Part shown: positions 26,797 to 34,699 of the stretch, one piece after another
Position numbering within the stretch: position 1 is the first letter of the stretch
How the letters are laid out: every line of letters begins with the position of its first letter
DNA from: Candidatus Nanopelagicales bacterium
Lineage (GTDB): Bacteria > Actinomycetota > Actinomycetes > S36-B12 > UBA5976
Length of the DNA stretch: 34,699 nt
Reading direction: 5' to 3'
Assembly (NCBI GenBank): GCA_036819575.1
Contig: DAIRXT010000002.1
Location: forward strand, 1 to 34,699
The notes under the pieces: model-generated
What the model was told of the DNA's origin: nothing
The model's input: only the letters and a program-made list of their open reading frames with translations
The model's database searches: none
Program-made: the position numbers and the translations under genes

Positions 26797-28164
26797 ATGA
26801 TCACCCGAAGAATTATGGGTATTGAAACAGAATACGGTGTGACATGTGTTGTGGATGGTCAAAGGCGATTATCACCAGATGAGGTTGCAAGGTATCTATT
26901 TAGAAGAGTAGTTGCTTGGGGAAGATCTTCAAACGTATTTCTTCCTAATGGTGGCCGTCTTTATCTTGACGTTGGCTCCCACCCAGAATATGCAACCGCT
27001 GAATGTGACAACTTGATGGATTTAATTCTTCAAGATCAAGCAGGAGATCGAATAGTTGAAGAGCTTGTTATAGAAGCTGAAAATAGATTGAACTCCGAAG
27101 GTGTCAAGGGTGAGATTCATCTATTTAAAAACAATATTGACTCAGTTGGAAACAGTTACGGTTGTCATGAAAATTTCTCGATAAGTAGGAAGCACAGTTT
27201 TGAATCAGTAGTCGAATCTATGATCCCATTTCTAATCACTAGACAAATTTTTTGTGGCTCAGGCAAATGGGTAGGAAGTGGTAAGACCAATTCATTCCAC
27301 ATAAGTCAACGCGCCGAACACATGTGGGAGTCGATTTCAAGTGCCACTACGCGCTCAAGGCCGATTATTAATTCTCGAGATGAGCCACACGCAGATCCCG
27401 AAGAATACAGACGTTTACACGTAATTGTTGGTGACTCAAATATGAGTGAGACTACAACTTTGTTAAAAGTTGCAACGACAGAACTGTTTCTAAGAGTTGC
27501 AGAGTCTGGAAAGATTAATGATCGTTTTACGATTGAAAATCCAATAAGGTCTATTAGAGACATTTCTAGCGATAGAACATTCAAAAAGAAGATTAGATTA
27601 GCTTCTGGCCGGGAAGTAACAGCCCTACAACTTCAAAACGAAATGTATGAATGCGTAATGGATTTAGAAGGCCTTGAAGAATTGCTCAACCAACCCCTAT
27701 ATCGCTACGCCTTGGATCTTTGGAGAAGAACGCTGGATGCACTAGAGCAAGATGACTTTAAAGGTGTTGATAAGGAAATTGATTGGATGATTAAAGAGAA
27801 ATTCTTGCATCAGTACCAGAGCAAAAACCAGTTAAGCAATGGAGATACAAAAATGTCTCTCTTAGATATTTCTTATCACAATATAAGAAAAGATAGGGGA
27901 TTGTTCTACATACTTGAGAAATCTGGTTTAGCTAAAACACTGGTTAAGCCTTTGGAGGTTACAAATTCAACACAATATCCTCCCAAAACTACAAGAGCAG
28001 CACTTCGTGGAAGATTTATTCAAGTCGCGCAAGAAAAAAGACGTGACTTCACCGTTGATTGGGTGAACATGAAAATTAACGACCAACATCAGAAATCAGT
28101 TGCCTGTAAAGACCCATTTTTGGCCGTAGATGAACGAGTAGAGAAATTAATCGAGGCGTTGTAA
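26797..28164 (+). CDS. pafA: Pup--protein ligase PafA
   Basis: MGIETEYG N-terminus and a GSHPEYATAEC segment. At 455 aa it is shorter than Dop. Followed by pafB and pafC. Confidence 0.9.
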   Translation: MITRRIMGIETEYGVTCVVDGQRRLSPDEVARYLFRRVVAWGRSSNVFLPNGGRLYLDVGSHPEYATAECDNLMDLILQDQAGDRIVEELVIEAENRLNSEGVKGEIHLFKNNIDSVGNSYGCHENFSISRKHSFESVVESMIPFLITRQIFCGSGKWVGSGKTNSFHISQRAEHMWESISSATTRSRPIINSRDEPHADPEEYRRLHVIVGDSNMSETTTLLKVATTELFLRVAESGKINDRFTIENPIRSIRDISSDRTFKKKIRLASGREVTALQLQNEMYECVMDLEGLEELLNQPLYRYALDLWRRTLDALEQDDFKGVDKEIDWMIKEKFLHQYQSKNQLSNGDTKMSLLDISYHNIRKDRGLFYILEKSGLAKTLVKPLEVTNSTQYPPKTTRAALRGRFIQVAQEKRRDFTVDWVNMKINDQHQKSVACKDPFLAVDERVEKLIEAL

Positions 28165-29091
28165 GTGACAGTTGCAAAATCCGAAAGAATTCTTAATCTT
28201 TTTTTCGTCCTACTCAATTCCAAAAAACCAATCGCGCGTCGAGACATAAGGCAAAAAGTCAGTGGATATGAAGTGTGTGAGTCAGATACCGCCTTCGAAA
28301 GGATGTTTGAGCGAGACAAGGACGAATTGCGCTCAATTGGTTTAGTTATTCAAACTTTACCTATGGATTCACTTTTTGAAGATGAACTGGGATACCAGAT
28401 TGATTCAAACGTTTTTTTGACCAAAGAAATTAAATGGGATGCTAAAGATAGATCAATATTGAGCTTAGCCTCAACTATTTGGAGAAAATCTGAGTTCGAA
28501 AGTTTAGCAAAGTCTGCTGCTATAAAAACTGGAAGTAAATTCACCTCAAGTAAAGGCAATGGGGTCGAAGAAAATTACTCTAAGAATCTTGATAACTACA
28601 GGACAATTCTGAAGTCAATGCAAGATAAAAACCTATTAGAGTTCAACTATTTGTCGCTAGCAGACAAAACTCCTACAAAACGAAGTGTTATTGCCAAGAG
28701 ACTCTTTAGAAAATCTAGTCAGTGGTACATGGAAGCAGTGGACATTAAAACTGTAGGAGTCAAAAATTATCAAATTAATAGAATTTTTGGACAGATCAAT
28801 GTTAAACCAGCTAGTGATTTGGAAGTCAATTTATTGAAAAGAACCTCAGAAACTAATAATGAAGTTTCCTCAGTCACTATCAAAATTAACCAAAATGCTT
28901 TCCTAGTCACACACATTACTGGAGGAAAAGCAATTGATGAAAACCAAATTAGATTTGAATACTATGACCAAACTGCATTTGTTAACTACATTCTTGGCTT
29001 AAGTTCAATAATCGTTGATTTTGATGACCCCGGGCTGAAGAAAAGGTATCAAAAAGAATTAGAGCAGTTTGTAAAGGTTTTACATGATTAA
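28165..29091 (+). CDS. pafB: WYL-domain transcriptional regulator PafB
   Basis: N-terminal HTH-like ERILNLFFVLLNSKKPIARRDI and a WYL-type segment SQWYMEAVD. GTG start abuts the pafA stop. Position is canonical. Confidence 0.7.
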   Translation: MTVAKSERILNLFFVLLNSKKPIARRDIRQKVSGYEVCESDTAFERMFERDKDELRSIGLVIQTLPMDSLFEDELGYQIDSNVFLTKEIKWDAKDRSILSLASTIWRKSEFESLAKSAAIKTGSKFTSSKGNGVEENYSKNLDNYRTILKSMQDKNLLEFNYLSLADKTPTKRSVIAKRLFRKSSQWYMEAVDIKTVGVKNYQINRIFGQINVKPASDLEVNLLKRTSETNNEVSSVTIKINQNAFLVTHITGGKAIDENQIRFEYYDQTAFVNYILGLSSIIVDFDDPGLKKRYQKELEQFVKVLHD

Positions 29092-29974
29092 TAAGAATGA
29101 CAAAATTGGAAGAATTCTTTTACAGCTTCAATGGTTGATTCAAAACAGAAATGTCTCAATGGAGACATTTTGTGCAGAATTTGATCTAACGCGAGATGAG
29201 GCCATAAAAAATCTGTCGTTATTAACCTATGTTGGACCAGGAAAATACGGTGGGGAACTTGTTGATATTCAGTATGGCGATGACGAGATTAGAGTAATTG
29301 ATTCCCAAGGCTTCGATCGACCACTTAGGTTGAACAATTTTGAAGTAATTCTCTTACTTTTAGGATTAAAGCAACTAATTGAGGCATCTGATGATGCAAA
29401 AGATCTAAAAGACGTTGAGAAAAGACTACTCAGTCTAATCACTGAAGAAGACTCAAATAATGACCGTGATGTGTACGTTGCCAATAATCGAAAATTACTT
29501 GAAGAGGCTATCAAAAGAGGACAAAAAGTTAAGTTTGATTACACAAATGCAAATTTAGGCTCAAGCAAAGACAGGACGGTAAGTCCTTTAAGGATTTACA
29601 CCGAACAAAACATTGACTATCTTGATGCAGTTACAAATGAACAAGACTACACCAAAAGTTTTAGATTAGAACGAATTCAGAATATTAGATTATTGGATAT
29701 ACCCAATAGCATGGAAAATGTCAAAACGAAACAGAGTATCAAGAAAAGTATTAAAATCATAACTAAAGCTTGGAATTACATACGAATTTTCGACTTAGGA
29801 GTCAATTACGAAATTAAGAAAGACCAGATGATTTTGGATTTTGATTATTATGATGAAGACTTCATTTTGGATACGATTCTGCGACTGGGTCCAGATGTTG
29901 AGATTCACTCATCAAATGAAATCAAGGCCCATCTGCTCTCCTTGTTGAAGAAAAGGATTGCACTAGTTAAATGA
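29084..29974 (+). CDS. pafC: WYL-domain transcriptional regulator PafC
   Basis: Paralogous architecture to PafB (N-terminal HTH-like region, central WYL-like region). 8-nt overlap with pafB. Confidence 0.7.
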   Translation: MINKNDKIGRILLQLQWLIQNRNVSMETFCAEFDLTRDEAIKNLSLLTYVGPGKYGGELVDIQYGDDEIRVIDSQGFDRPLRLNNFEVILLLLGLKQLIEASDDAKDLKDVEKRLLSLITEEDSNNDRDVYVANNRKLLEEAIKRGQKVKFDYTNANLGSSKDRTVSPLRIYTEQNIDYLDAVTNEQDYTKSFRLERIQNIRLLDIPNSMENVKTKQSIKKSIKIITKAWNYIRIFDLGVNYEIKKDQMILDFDYYDEDFILDTILRLGPDVEIHSSNEIKAHLLSLLKKRIALVK

Positions 29975-30846
29975 AAATTGCTCTAGTTATAAACCCTGGA
30001 AGTGGAAGAAAGTTTCATGCCGATCAAATAACTGAGATTAAGTCAAAGGTATTGATGAATCATGACCTGACTGAATTTATCGCGGAAGTTGATTCTGAAC
30101 TAGATGTTGTCGGAAATTCAATTAAGGACGGATACGACTTGGTAGTTGTGTGTGGCGGTGATGGGACCGTCTCTCGCATTGCTAACTGTTTGATCAATAA
30201 AACAACACCATTGCTCGTGATTCCCATAGGTTCGGGAAACGATTTCGCAAACCACTTTGGGATGCAAAGTGATGTTGAATCAATAAAACGTGCCATCAGT
30301 AATTTCAAGACTAAGACCATCAACACAATACAAATAGGTAGAGAATCAAGGAATTGCTTAACAATTGTTTGTTTTGCATTTGAGGCAAAGGTCAATCGTG
30401 TTGCTTCAAGACTTCCCAGATTTATTGGCTCGGCAAAATATACAATTGCGACTTTTATCGCTTTGCTTGGAAAGTCATATGAAAAACTAAAAATAGATAG
30501 CGATGCAGTCTCAGAAACAAATTCATATTCACTTGGAATTATTGCCAACACACCCAGCTTCGGGGGAGGAATGAAAGTAAGCAATAAAGCTGACGCGACG
30601 GGGGATAATCTCTATCTGATCCTTGTAAATCGAGTCAACAAGATTAAACTCATTTATTTGTTCTTGTTACTCCTAGCCGGAAAGCATTATGACAGAGCCG
30701 AATTCAGACAATATGCAGCAAAAAACATCAAAATTGAATCAGTAGAATCAGAAGTTCGAGCTCAAGCTGACGGAGATTCCTTGCCTTCTGGAGATTTTGA
30801 AGCAAAACTGAACAGGAACTCATTAACCATTCTCGAGACGAATTAA
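29971..30846 (+). CDS. Diacylglycerol kinase catalytic-domain (DAGK/LCB5-like) lipid kinase
   Basis: VVVCGGDGTV and IPIGSGNDFANHFG are hallmark DAGK_cat motifs. ATGA overlap with pafC and TAATG junction with helY. Confidence 0.8.
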   Translation: MKIALVINPGSGRKFHADQITEIKSKVLMNHDLTEFIAEVDSELDVVGNSIKDGYDLVVVCGGDGTVSRIANCLINKTTPLLVIPIGSGNDFANHFGMQSDVESIKRAISNFKTKTINTIQIGRESRNCLTIVCFAFEAKVNRVASRLPRFIGSAKYTIATFIALLGKSYEKLKIDSDAVSETNSYSLGIIANTPSFGGGMKVSNKADATGDNLYLILVNRVNKIKLIYLFLLLLAGKHYDRAEFRQYAAKNIKIESVESEVRAQADGDSLPSGDFEAKLNRNSLTILETN

Positions 30847-33560
30847 TGACAAATTATGCACAAAAGTTAAGTAGGTATAAAGATCTTGACTCCTACGAGA
30901 GAGAAGTAATAAGCGATTACTTAAGTTCAATCCCTTTCGAAATCGATGTCTTTCAACAAACAGCAATTCAATCATTCATCAAAGGTAATTCTGTACTAGT
31001 GGCTGCACCAACTGGTTCAGGTAAAACCATTGTTGGTGAATTTGCTCTTTTTGCTACAACGAGAGCTAAGCAACGATGTTTTTACACAACTCCTATCAAG
31101 GCTCTATCTAATCAAAAATTCTTGGAGTTAGTTCAAAGGTTTGGTTCCGATCGAGTTGGACTATTGACTGGGGATAACTCAATAAATGGTGATGCTGAGA
31201 TTGTGGTTATGACCACTGAAGTTCTTAGAAACATGATTTATCAAAACCCTGACAAACTTAATGAGCTTGGTGTTGTCGTTATGGACGAAGTACATTTCTT
31301 GGCTGATAAAGAGCGAGGAGTGGTATGGGAAGAGATTCTGATTTTGTTAAATCAGTCTGTCAAGATTGTGGCCTTATCAGCAACCGTAAGTAACGTTGAA
31401 GATTTCGGTGACTGGCTAAAGCAAGTACGGGGAAGTTGCACTTTTGTTATAGAAGAGAAGAGACCAGTTCCCTTATCTCAAGTCATTGCTACCTCCAGGG
31501 AATTAATTCCTTTAATATCTATTGAAGATCCCACGAGGCTTAATGCAAAGGTTTCAAATCTTTATAAAAGAAACTTTACTAAATCGCATAGCAAATCAGA
31601 GATACCAAATAAATCCGAAATTGTAGATTTACTCCAGAAATACCGTTTACTCCCGGCAATCTATTTTATTTTCAGTAGGAAAGGTTGTGAACAGTCAGTT
31701 CAGATTTTGCAACAAAGTAACACAAGATTAACCTCTGCCGAGGAAAAGATAGAAATCGAATCCATTATTAGAAATAGATTTGACGATATCGCTGCAAGTG
31801 ATTGGGCAACGCTCAAAATAGACGACTGGATTGATTGCGCTTTGAGAGGATTTGGATCACATCATGCAGGGCTTATTCCGCAGCTAAAAGAAGTTACTGA
31901 GTTACTTTTTCAAAAAGGATTAATGAAAGTAGTTTTCTCAACCGAAACATTGGCAGTAGGTGTAAATATGCCAGCGAAGTCTGTTGTTCTGGAGCGAATG
32001 GACAAATGGAACGGAGACACCCATGAATACTTAACCCCTGCAGAATTCACACAACTCACAGGAAGAGCTGGACGAAGAGGAATTGATACTTCAGGCACTG
32101 CCGTAATTGCTTTTCATCCAGATTCAGAGCCAAGATTTCTCTTGAATTTGGTTTCATCCAGAACATTTGAACTAGCATCAACATTTACACCTAGATACAA
32201 CATGTTGTTAAATTTGCTAGAACACAGAAGTGTCACAGCAACAAAGGTTTTGCTTAATAAATCATTTGCTCAATTTTCGCATGAGAAGTCGAACTCAAAA
32301 GTAAGATCTCGGATAGTCGAAGAGAAAAAAGCACTGGATGGATATACCCAAAATCTCAAGTGTGACAAAGGAAATTTTGAGTCCTATTACGAATTAGTCA
32401 AACAAATAACTGCTCTTGAACGAGAGTCAAAATCGTCAAAGAGAGATCAATCACGTAAAAGTAGGTCTGATTTATCCTCGAATTTAGATGCAGGAAGCGT
32501 GATTCGCGTGAAATCCTCTGGTAAATATCAAACTGGCCTGATAACAAAGATACTTAGGGAAAGAAAAGGTCAGGAAAGTTACTGGATAGTTTTGGAGAAC
32601 GGAGATGGCAGAAAGTTTCATCTAAATGAGATTGATCCTGTCGCAGGGGTTATCTCAGAGCTGGTAATTAATCGAAGTACTGATTTTTCAAAACGTGAAG
32701 CAAGAAAGCAAATAGCCAAGGTTTTGTCATCCTTTTCCTATCAAAAGCCATCTAAGACGCGATCTGAAGCAGAAAACAATCTCTCAATAGAGCAACTGCG
32801 AGCGGCTATTAGGAAGCATCCTTGCCATGGATGTGGAGATTTATATGAACATCTCAGATGGGCAGAAAGAAGAGAAAAGTTAAGAAAATCAATTGAAATT
32901 CTAGAATTAGATTTCAATAACTCGATGATGAGTTTGAGTAATAAATGTGATGAAGTTTTAAAGCTACTCAAGGAATTGTCTTATATAGAAGTAGAACAAG
33001 ATAAAGTCAAGTTGCACAAAGAAGCATTAGTTCTAAAAGAAATTCATTCTGATCAAGATTTACTGACTGCTGAATGCGTTTCCAAGGGTTTACTACAAGA
33101 TCTTTCAATTGAGGAATTACCTGCAGTTTTGAGCAGTTTTATTTATCAACCCCGTAGAGACGAATACGAGATTCCAGGGAATTTGAGTCAAAAAATTAGA
33201 GAAAGAGCTAAATCAATAACAGCACTTGCTAATGAACTCATAAACCTAGAAATGAAATATCGGATTGAATATGTTCGACCACCACATTTTGGAATAGCAG
33301 AGCAGGTTCGTAGATGGGCTCAAGGTGAGAGCTTGCAAAAAGTACTTAAGAACTCAGATTTAGCGCCAGGTGATTTCGTAAGAGTCGCAAAGCAAGTAAC
33401 TGATCTTTTGAGACAAATTGCCAAACTAAAGATTGATCCCTTGTCAAAAATTGCTAGAGATGCTGTATCCCGCATCAACAGGGGAGTGGTGGCATATGAG
33501 CCTACTGTTTTTGAAGATCAAGAAACCGATTTGGAAAGTTTAAAGAACTCATCTATCTGA
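30846..33560 (+). CDS. helY: Ski2-like DEAD/DEAH-box helicase HelY
   Basis: Walker A APTGSGKT, DEVH box (VVMDEVHF), SAT motif, motif VI QLTGRAGRRG, and a long C-terminal DSHCT-like region. 904 aa, same position as Rv2092c. Confidence 0.85.
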   Translation: MTNYAQKLSRYKDLDSYEREVISDYLSSIPFEIDVFQQTAIQSFIKGNSVLVAAPTGSGKTIVGEFALFATTRAKQRCFYTTPIKALSNQKFLELVQRFGSDRVGLLTGDNSINGDAEIVVMTTEVLRNMIYQNPDKLNELGVVVMDEVHFLADKERGVVWEEILILLNQSVKIVALSATVSNVEDFGDWLKQVRGSCTFVIEEKRPVPLSQVIATSRELIPLISIEDPTRLNAKVSNLYKRNFTKSHSKSEIPNKSEIVDLLQKYRLLPAIYFIFSRKGCEQSVQILQQSNTRLTSAEEKIEIESIIRNRFDDIAASDWATLKIDDWIDCALRGFGSHHAGLIPQLKEVTELLFQKGLMKVVFSTETLAVGVNMPAKSVVLERMDKWNGDTHEYLTPAEFTQLTGRAGRRGIDTSGTAVIAFHPDSEPRFLLNLVSSRTFELASTFTPRYNMLLNLLEHRSVTATKVLLNKSFAQFSHEKSNSKVRSRIVEEKKALDGYTQNLKCDKGNFESYYELVKQITALERESKSSKRDQSRKSRSDLSSNLDAGSVIRVKSSGKYQTGLITKILRERKGQESYWIVLENGDGRKFHLNEIDPVAGVISELVINRSTDFSKREARKQIAKVLSSFSYQKPSKTRSEAENNLSIEQLRAAIRKHPCHGCGDLYEHLRWAERREKLRKSIEILELDFNNSMMSLSNKCDEVLKLLKELSYIEVEQDKVKLHKEALVLKEIHSDQDLLTAECVSKGLLQDLSIEELPAVLSSFIYQPRRDEYEIPGNLSQKIRERAKSITALANELINLEMKYRIEYVRPPHFGIAEQVRRWAQGESLQKVLKNSDLAPGDFVRVAKQVTDLLRQIAKLKIDPLSKIARDAVSRINRGVVAYEPTVFEDQETDLESLKNSSI

Positions 33561-34438
33561 TTTCCTATTTTAAGATTTTCGTATTTCTCGCGTACCTGTT
33601 CAAGAGAAAGTGAATGTCTTTCTTCAGAGATCTTCAGATCTAAATCATTCTTTAGTGTCACAACTTTTATTGCACGCTTGATGTAATCTTGAAATTCTAA
33701 GATACTTATTTTAGTCTTGGCAGAAATGTTGGGATTGTCTGATTTTGCAGCATTAATGATTCCCTCTAGAGATTCAAAATCATTGATTAACTTGGAAGCT
33801 GTCTTTTCTCCAATTCCTTTTACTCCCGGTAGTCCGTCAGATGCGTCGCCTTTTAGTACTGAGAAAGCAATATATTGATCTGCTCTAACTCCGTATTTAC
33901 TTCTAACTTCACTTTCTGCGAAAAGTACTCCACCGTCTTTACCCAACATATGGACACCATTGCCTTTTTTATCATCAATAAGTTGCAACAAATCTCTATC
34001 TCCTGTAATAACCACCACGTTCTTATATAGATTGCATAAAGTCGCAAGAACATCATCTGCTTCCGCAATTTTGTGCCCAAGAACTTTCATGCCCATATCA
34101 TTGAGAATCTCAGGAAGAATTTCAAGTTGAAAATCCAAATCGTCTGGTACTAATTCTTGATCGTCTTCTTCCACTCGGTGTAATTTATATTGAGGTAACA
34201 AATCCACTCGCCATTCTGGACGCCAATTTTCGTCAATTGCGTGAACAACATTTTTAGTGCCGTACATTTTTACAAATCGATTCATAGCGTCAAGGTAACC
34301 CTTAATTGCATTCACCGGTCGACCGTCAACACTTTTAATGGAATCAGGAAGTCCATAGAAAGATCGATAGGCAAGTGAAGACAAATCGATGGCAATATAT
34401 TCAAATTTATTCGGCAAAGATTTAGTCTCCTGATTCAA
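33518..34438 (-). CDS. 5'-3' exonuclease / flap endonuclease (Pol I N-terminal domain family)
   Basis: IAIDLSSLAYRSFY, ADDVLATL, VVVITGDRDLLQL and the H3TH segment LKGDASDGLPGVKGIGEKTASKL. The start is uncertain: TTG at 34438, or an in-frame TTG at 34417 after AGGAG. Confidence 0.8.
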   Translation of the reverse strand: MNQETKSLPNKFEYIAIDLSSLAYRSFYGLPDSIKSVDGRPVNAIKGYLDAMNRFVKMYGTKNVVHAIDENWRPEWRVDLLPQYKLHRVEEDDQELVPDDLDFQLEILPEILNDMGMKVLGHKIAEADDVLATLCNLYKNVVVITGDRDLLQLIDDKKGNGVHMLGKDGGVLFAESEVRSKYGVRADQYIAFSVLKGDASDGLPGVKGIGEKTASKLINDFESLEGIINAAKSDNPNISAKTKISILEFQDYIKRAIKVVTLKNDLDLKISEERHSLSLEQVREKYENLKIGNQIDEFFKLSKSVS

Positions 34439-34466
34439 GTAATTTCATTCAGGATACGTTATAGAC

Positions 34467-34699
34467 GTGAATCTAAAGCAGGAGTATCTAGAACGACTCC
34501 AAAATACCCGTTCAAAAATGGCACGAGAAAATATTGATTTACTTCTTGTCACCCCCGGACCTAATTTAAGGTATTTATCGGGTTATAAAGCCAAGAATTT
34601 GGAAAGACTTACTTGCTTAACAATTGATTCGAATCAAAACTTGAAAATGATTGTTCCAAGTCTTGAGAAGCTCTCAGCCGAAAAAGCTGGCGTGCAAGA
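34467..34699 (+). CDS. M24-family Xaa-Pro dipeptidase/aminopeptidase (PepE-like), N-terminal fragment running off the window
   Basis: GTG-initiated frame open to the window end: VNLKQEYLERLQNTRSKMARENIDLLLVTPGPNLRYLSGY. This resembles the creatinase/prolidase N-terminal domain. Synteny with Rv2089c next to the 5'-3' exonuclease supports it. Confidence 0.45.
   Translation, partial: MNLKQEYLERLQNTRSKMARENIDLLLVTPGPNLRYLSGYKAKNLERLTCLTIDSNQNLKMIVPSLEKLSAEKAGVQ

Noticed and set aside
30060-30584. 174-aa ORF antisense to the DAG-kinase-like gene, unusually long for an AT-rich sequence
   Set aside because: The sense strand carries clear DAGK_cat motifs (GGDGT, GSGNDF). The antisense translation is low-complexity (Ser/Thr/Pro/Leu/Ile-rich) with no recognisable motif, no Shine-Dalgarno and no independent context. 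It is most likely a by-product of the sense codon pattern.
1-34699. Looked for CRISPR repeats, IS or transposase genes, integrases, phage genes, toxin-antitoxin pairs, restriction-modification or other defence-island content, and for compositional islands
   Set aside because: I found none. Every ORF of meaningful size has a housekeeping-type assignment or conserved actinobacterial context. By eye there are no direct-repeat arrays or terminal inverted repeats, and base composition looks uniform, though I could not compute it.

Overview
This window is a densely packed core-genome segment from a visibly AT-rich actinobacterium (GC not computed). The actinobacterial assignment rests on lineage markers: the mycothiol ligase MshC, a MabA/InhA-type FAS-II pair, a VKOR-type disulfide oxidoreductase and a complete Pup module. 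I support 38 CDS (two cut by the window edges) and one tRNA-Leu(GAG). I found no rRNA, CRISPR array, IS or phage genes, or defence-island signature.

From memory, gene order follows two Mycobacterium tuberculosis blocks. The first is the suf operon region through fabG1-inhA. The second is a compressed version of Rv2141c down to Rv2089c.

The most interesting biology is the pupylation locus arc-dop-pup-pafA-pafB-pafC (23.4-30.0 kb):
- pup is 59 codons, ends in GGQ, and is missing from the supplied ORF track.
- pafA starts 23 nt after pup, so the 20S proteasome genes prcB/prcA are absent from their canonical slot.
- The ARC/Mpa ATPase ends in GQIK rather than the proteasome-docking GQYL.
- A PAC2-family gene is still present nearby.
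- A diacylglycerol-kinase-like gene sits where tatA-tatC normally follow pafC.

Three further points deserve a second look. A conserved but functionally unassigned trio (histidine phosphatase, DUF3090 zinc-ribbon protein, PI3/4-kinase-like protein) lies directly upstream of mshC. A 244-aa orphan ORF has no recognisable family. All seven convergent gene junctions have 2 nt or less of spacer, or overlap.

I do not see convincing evidence for a wholly new multi-gene system. The findings are hypotheses about under-characterised conserved genes and need whole-genome and database checks that I cannot run.
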